DNA of 30,093 nucleotides from a virus (Duplodnaviria; Heunggongvirae; Uroviricota; Caudoviricetes): IMG/VR virus record IMGVR_UViG_2562617113_000015, positions 1 to 30,093 of that record; one strand, 5' to 3'. Shown piece by piece: positions 25,930 to 30,093 of this stretch (position 1 is its first letter; each line of letters starts with the position of its first letter). The notes under the pieces were generated by a model. It saw only the letters and a program-made list of their open reading frames with translations, ran no database searches and was not told where the DNA came from. The position numbers and the translations under genes were made by a program.

Positions 25930-28900
25930 ATGGCGACATTACGTGAGCTGATTATTAAAATCTCGGCAAATTCCCGGTCATTCCAGTCAGAGATCTCCCG
26001 GGCTTCGCGTATGGGGCAGGATTACTACCGTACCATGCAGAACGGAGGCCGGCAGTCCGCTGCTGCATCCCGTGAAATGCGGCGTGCACTGGCAGAAGTG
26101 ACGGATCAGATAAATACAGCTAAATCTTCGGCACTGAATATGGCGGGGGCATTTGCCGGGGCTTTTGCTACCGGTCATCTTATTTCTCTCGCCGATGAGT
26201 GGAATTCAGTAAATGCCCGTCTGAAGCAGGCCTCACAGTCCACTGATGATTTTCAGGTATCACAACGTGAATTAATGGCAATCAGCCAGAGAACGGGAAC
26301 GGCGTTTTCTGATAACGCCAGCCTTTTTGCCCGCTCTGCAGCTTCCATGCGGGAGTATGGCTACAGTTCTGAGGAGGTACTGAAAGTCACCGAGGCGATC
26401 TCCACGGGCCTGAAATTATCCGGTGCCAGTGCAGCAGAAGCCAGTTCGGTGATCACGCAGTTCAGTCAGGCAATGGCGCAGGGAGTGCTGCGCGGTGAAG
26501 AATTTAACTCTGTGAATGAGAACGGCGATCGTGTTATTCGTGCGCTGGCTGCGGGAATGGGTGTTGCCCGTAAGGATCTGAAGGCCATGGCGGATAACGG
26601 AAAGTTGACCGCCGATAAGGTTGTTCCTGCACTGATTAGTCAGCTTGGGGCGTTGCGTGATGAATATGCAGCAATGCCTGATACGGTTTCATCCTCTGCA
26701 ACCAAAGTTGAAAACGCCTTTATGGCCTGGGTTGGTGGTGCGAACGAAGCAAGCGGAGTGACGAAGACGCTCTCCGGTGTGCTGAATGGTATTGCAGGCA
26801 ATATTGACACTGTGGCAACCGCTGCCGGTGCTCTGGTTGCCGTCGGGGTAGCCCGATATTTTGGCAATATGGCATCTTCTGCTGGATCTGCAACTGCCGG
26901 ATTAATTACTGCAGCCAGAAACGAAGTAGCTCTTGCGGAAGCGCAGCTCCGGGGGACGCAGATAGCAACAGCCAGGGCGCGTGCGGCGGTTTATCGTGCG
27001 CAACAGGCGGTCGCGGCTACCCGTGGTACTGAAAGACAGGCAGCCGCAGAAGCGAAACTGGCTGCTGCCCAGGCATCACTTACCCGTAATATTGCGGCCA
27101 GAACAGCAGCACAGACAACGCTGAATACTGTCACGTCAGTGGGGAGTCGTTTATTAAGTGGTGCGCTGGGGCTGGTTGGTGGTGTGCCGGGACTCGTCAT
27201 GCTGGGGGCGACGGCCTGGTACACGATGTATCAGAATCAGGAGCAGGCCAGAGAATCTGCACGCCAGTATGCCGCAACAATCGACGAAATTCGCCAGAAA
27301 ACGTCGGCAATGTCGCTTCCTGAAGCGTCAGATAATGAGGAAAAGACGCGGCAGGCACTGGAGGAACAAAATCGCCTGATTAACGAACAGGAAGGAAAAA
27401 TTCGCGGACTGAAAAATCAAATTGCTGATTATCAACGTTGGCTTGATGAAAGTTCGCAGAGTGGTTCTGGTGCTGAAATCATCCTTAAAGGGCTTGCAGA
27501 AGCAACAAATCAACTGGCAGTTGAACAGTCCCGTCTCACACAAATGCAGGGCAAAGCGCAATCCATTCAGGATGTGCTTGCCGGGCTGGAGGAGCGACGA
27601 GTGGCGTTGATCCGTCAACAGGCAGCGGAACAAAACAAAGCGTATCAGTCCCTGTTGATCATGAATGGGAAGCATACCGAGTTTAATCGCCTTCTCGGGC
27701 TTGGTAATGAATTACTTCAGCAGCGACAGGGGCTGGTGAATGTACCGTTACGGCTACCACAGGCAACTCTGGATGATAAACAGCAGACCGCACTGAATAA
27801 CAGCAAGCGCGAACTGGCTCTGTCCCGCCTTAAGGGGGAAGCGCGTGAGCGTGCCCGACTGGGCTATGCTGCGGATGATCTCGGCTTTGTGGGAGAGGCG
27901 TATCGGACAGCCAGACAGAATTATATCAATAACTCACTGGATGCCTGGCGAAATAACCAGGCAAATAAACCCAAAGCGCATAAAAAGACCGAAGCGGAAA
28001 AAACAGAAGATATTTATAAACGGCTGATTAAACAGCAAAAAGAACAGATAGCACTGGCAGGGCAGAATACTGAACTGGCTAAGATGAAATATCAGGTCAG
28101 TCAGGGCGAATTATCAACCCTGTCAGAAGCGCAGAAAAAAACGCTTTTGCAGAATGCAGCACTCATCGACCAGAAAAAGATTCGTGAGCAGCTTGCCGCG
28201 TATGAAAGCAGTCTGGCGGACAGTAATGCCAGTGCCCGGGCATCTGACGACGCGCAGTTGCTGGGATATGGTGAAGGCTCACGGATGCGTGAACGACTCC
28301 AGGAAATGTGGAGTATCCGGCATGAGTTTGAGCAGAAAAATAACGAGCTGCTGAGACAGTATCAGGCCGGAGAAATTGAAGAAGCCCTGTGGAAACAGGA
28401 GAAAGAACTGAATAAAAAATATCTGGAAGAGCGTCTCAGCGATCAGCAGGATTATTATGCAAAAGCCGATGCTTTACGTAATAACTGGAATGCCGGACTC
28501 CAGGAGGGACTGACCAACTGGGCAGACAGTGCCACCGATTATGCTTCACAGGCGGCAGATGCTGTTGTTTCCACGATGGACGGGCTGGTATCAAATATTT
28601 CCGATGCACTGGCCGGGAATGTTGTGGAGTGGAGGAACTGGGGGAGTTCAGTTCTCCGGGAAGTTTCAAAAATTCTGATGAATGCGGCCATTGTTAACGG
28701 ACTGAAGTCACTCTCCGGTGCCGGAGGGTGGCTTGGTACGGTCGGCGGATGGATTTCGGGGGCGGTGGCAAACGCAAAAGGTGGTGTTTACACATCGGCA
28801 AATCTGAGTGCTTACAGTAACACTATTGTGGATACACCGACGTATTTTGCTTTTGCGAAAGGTGCCGGGCTGATGGGCGAGGCCGGGCCTGAAGCTATCA

Positions 28901-29130
28901 TGCCACTGACACGGGCAGCGGACGGCTCTCTTGGGGTCAGGGCCATTGGCAATGTGAATGGTGGCGGTGGATTTGTTTATTCTCCCGTGTATCACATTAG
29001 CATTCAGAATCAAGGGAGCAATGGCGAGATAGATACGCGCTCAGCCAGGGGACTGGTGGATCTGATCGACAGCAGGGTTGTGTCAATTATGCAGTCATCG
29101 CGTCGGGATGGAGGATTATACAGTGCCTGA
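25930..29130 (+). CDS. Tail tape measure protein (1066 aa)
   Basis: Very long coiled-coil-rich ORF between the G/GT chaperone and gpM. Confidence 0.9.
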   Translation: MATLRELIIKISANSRSFQSEISRASRMGQDYYRTMQNGGRQSAAASREMRRALAEVTDQINTAKSSALNMAGAFAGAFATGHLISLADEWNSVNARLKQASQSTDDFQVSQRELMAISQRTGTAFSDNASLFARSAASMREYGYSSEEVLKVTEAISTGLKLSGASAAEASSVITQFSQAMAQGVLRGEEFNSVNENGDRVIRALAAGMGVARKDLKAMADNGKLTADKVVPALISQLGALRDEYAAMPDTVSSSATKVENAFMAWVGGANEASGVTKTLSGVLNGIAGNIDTVATAAGALVAVGVARYFGNMASSAGSATAGLITAARNEVALAEAQLRGTQIATARARAAVYRAQQAVAATRGTERQAAAEAKLAAAQASLTRNIAARTAAQTTLNTVTSVGSRLLSGALGLVGGVPGLVMLGATAWYTMYQNQEQARESARQYAATIDEIRQKTSAMSLPEASDNEEKTRQALEEQNRLINEQEGKIRGLKNQIADYQRWLDESSQSGSGAEIILKGLAEATNQLAVEQSRLTQMQGKAQSIQDVLAGLEERRVALIRQQAAEQNKAYQSLLIMNGKHTEFNRLLGLGNELLQQRQGLVNVPLRLPQATLDDKQQTALNNSKRELALSRLKGEARERARLGYAADDLGFVGEAYRTARQNYINNSLDAWRNNQANKPKAHKKTEAEKTEDIYKRLIKQQKEQIALAGQNTELAKMKYQVSQGELSTLSEAQKKTLLQNAALIDQKKIREQLAAYESSLADSNASARASDDAQLLGYGEGSRMRERLQEMWSIRHEFEQKNNELLRQYQAGEIEEALWKQEKELNKKYLEERLSDQQDYYAKADALRNNWNAGLQEGLTNWADSATDYASQAADAVVSTMDGLVSNISDALAGNVVEWRNWGSSVLREVSKILMNAAIVNGLKSLSGAGGWLGTVGGWISGAVANAKGGVYTSANLSAYSNTIVDTPTYFAFAKGAGLMGEAGPEAIMPLTRAADGSLGVRAIGNVNGGGGFVYSPVYHISIQNQGSNGEIDTRSARGLVDLIDSRVVSIMQSSRRDGGLYSA

Positions 29131-29464
29131 GCCTGAAGTTTTTAACTGGATCCCCCGTGAGGGGATGGAGACGACACGAAAGCCATCAGTTATTACGGTA
29201 AAGTTTGGTGACGGATATGAACAGCGACGGGCTGGTGGGCTGAATGCGGATCTGAAAACGTTTAAACCGGTATTTCGTGTCACAGATGAATACTCCCGTG
29301 CCGCGCTGGACAGTTTTTTATCCCGTCATGCCGGGATTCGTGCTTTTTTGTGGCGCCCGCCAAAACACAACAGGACTGTCCGGGTTGTCTGCAGGGAGTG
29401 GAGCATTTCGGATAATGCCATGTATACCGATTTTAACTGTACCTTTGAAGAGGTCACTCACTGA
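29123..29464 (+). CDS. M: Minor tail protein M (GTG start)
   Basis: VKFGDGYEQRRAGGLNADLKTF resembles lambda gpM (VRFGDGYSQRAPAGLNANLKTY, from memory); GGAGG RBS. Confidence 0.8.
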   Translation: MPEPEVFNWIPREGMETTRKPSVITVKFGDGYEQRRAGGLNADLKTFKPVFRVTDEYSRAALDSFLSRHAGIRAFLWRPPKHNRTVRVVCREWSISDNAMYTDFNCTFEEVTH

Positions 29465-30093
29465 TGCAGGATATACAGCAGGAAACACTCAATGAGTGCA
29501 CTAAAACGGAGCAATCCGCGCTGGTCGTGCTCTGGGAAATTGATCTGACAGAGGTCGGCGGAGATCGTTACTTTTTCTGCAATGAGCAGAACGAAAAAGG
29601 TGAACCAGTCACCTGGCAGGGGCGGCAGTATCAGGCCTATCCCATTCAGGGAAGTGGATTTGAGATGAACGGCAAAGGAGCCAGTGCAAGGCCAACGCTG
29701 AAAGTCTCTAATCTGCACGGCATGGTCACCGGGATGGCGGAAGACCTGCAGAGTCTGGTCGGCGGAACGGTGGTCCGGCGTAAGGTTTACGCCCGTTTTC
29801 TGGATGCGGTGAACTTCGTCAACGGAAACAGAGACGCCGATCCGGAGCAGGAGGTGATCAGCCGCTGGCGCATCGAGCAGTGCAGCGAACTGAGCGCGGT
29901 GAGTGCCTCCTTTGTACTGTCCACGCCGACGGAAACGGATGGCGCTGTTTTTCCGGGACGTATCATGCTGGCCAACACCTGCACCTGGACCTATCGCGGT
30001 GATGAGTGCGGTTATCACGGTCCGGCGGTCGCGGATGAATATGACCAGCCGACGTCCGATATCACGAAAGATAAATGCAGCAAATGCCTGAGT
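29464..30093 (+). CDS. L: Minor tail protein L, partial (runs off the right edge)
   Basis: MQDIQQETLNECTKTEQSALVVLWEIDLTEVGG... is near-identical to lambda gpL as remembered; not in the ORF track because no stop is in the window. Confidence 0.85.
   Translation, partial: MQDIQQETLNECTKTEQSALVVLWEIDLTEVGGDRYFFCNEQNEKGEPVTWQGRQYQAYPIQGSGFEMNGKGASARPTLKVSNLHGMVTGMAEDLQSLVGGTVVRRKVYARFLDAVNFVNGNRDADPEQEVISRWRIEQCSELSAVSASFVLSTPTETDGAVFPGRIMLANTCTWTYRGDECGYHGPAVADEYDQPTSDITKDKCSKCLS

Noticed and set aside
29458-30018. 186-aa minus-strand ORF at the right edge
   Set aside because: Antisense to the plus-strand reading frame that matches lambda gpL almost residue for residue; spurious.
1-30093. CRISPR arrays, IS elements or transposase genes
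   Set aside because: No regularly spaced direct repeats and no transposase-like ORFs were seen; the only repeated sequences are the two copies of the antirepressor regulatory module and the operator half-sites.

Overview
The window is about 30 kb of a lambdoid prophage from an enterobacterial host, with HK97-type head genes and lambda-type tail genes. It runs from the integrase (stop codon at positions 1-3, so the attachment site lies outside the window) to a partial tail gene L at the right edge. Order: int-xis and a leftward accessory operon (all minus strand, 1.6-5.3 kb), a CI-like repressor with divergent OR/OL operators, a cro-like gene, three antirepressor-family genes, a Lar-like anti-restriction gene, replication genes (O-like, DnaC-like, DnaB-like), RusA, Q, a lysis cassette, HNH-TerS-TerL, portal-protease-capsid, head-tail joining genes, major tail, G/GT chaperone with a -1 slippery site, tape measure, gpM and gpL. 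Points that deserve a second look: (1) the leftward operon carries uncharacterised cargo, namely an HTH protein with a stand-alone paralog of its N-terminal domain, a tightly coupled 37/62/193-codon trio, and a small membrane protein coupled to an SPFH (band-7) lipoprotein; (2) a conserved promoter/hairpin/complementary-box RNA module occurs twice, each time about 40 nt upstream of an antirepressor-family gene; (3) the cro-like gene and the holin are frame-disrupted at homopolymer runs, and an AT-rich moron between Q and the lysis genes appears truncated; (4) an AT-rich lipoprotein moron with its own RBS and terminator sits between the tail chaperone and the tape measure. All calls rest on reading the sequence and remembered family features; no database search was run. 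No CRISPR array, tRNA, rRNA or IS element was recognised.
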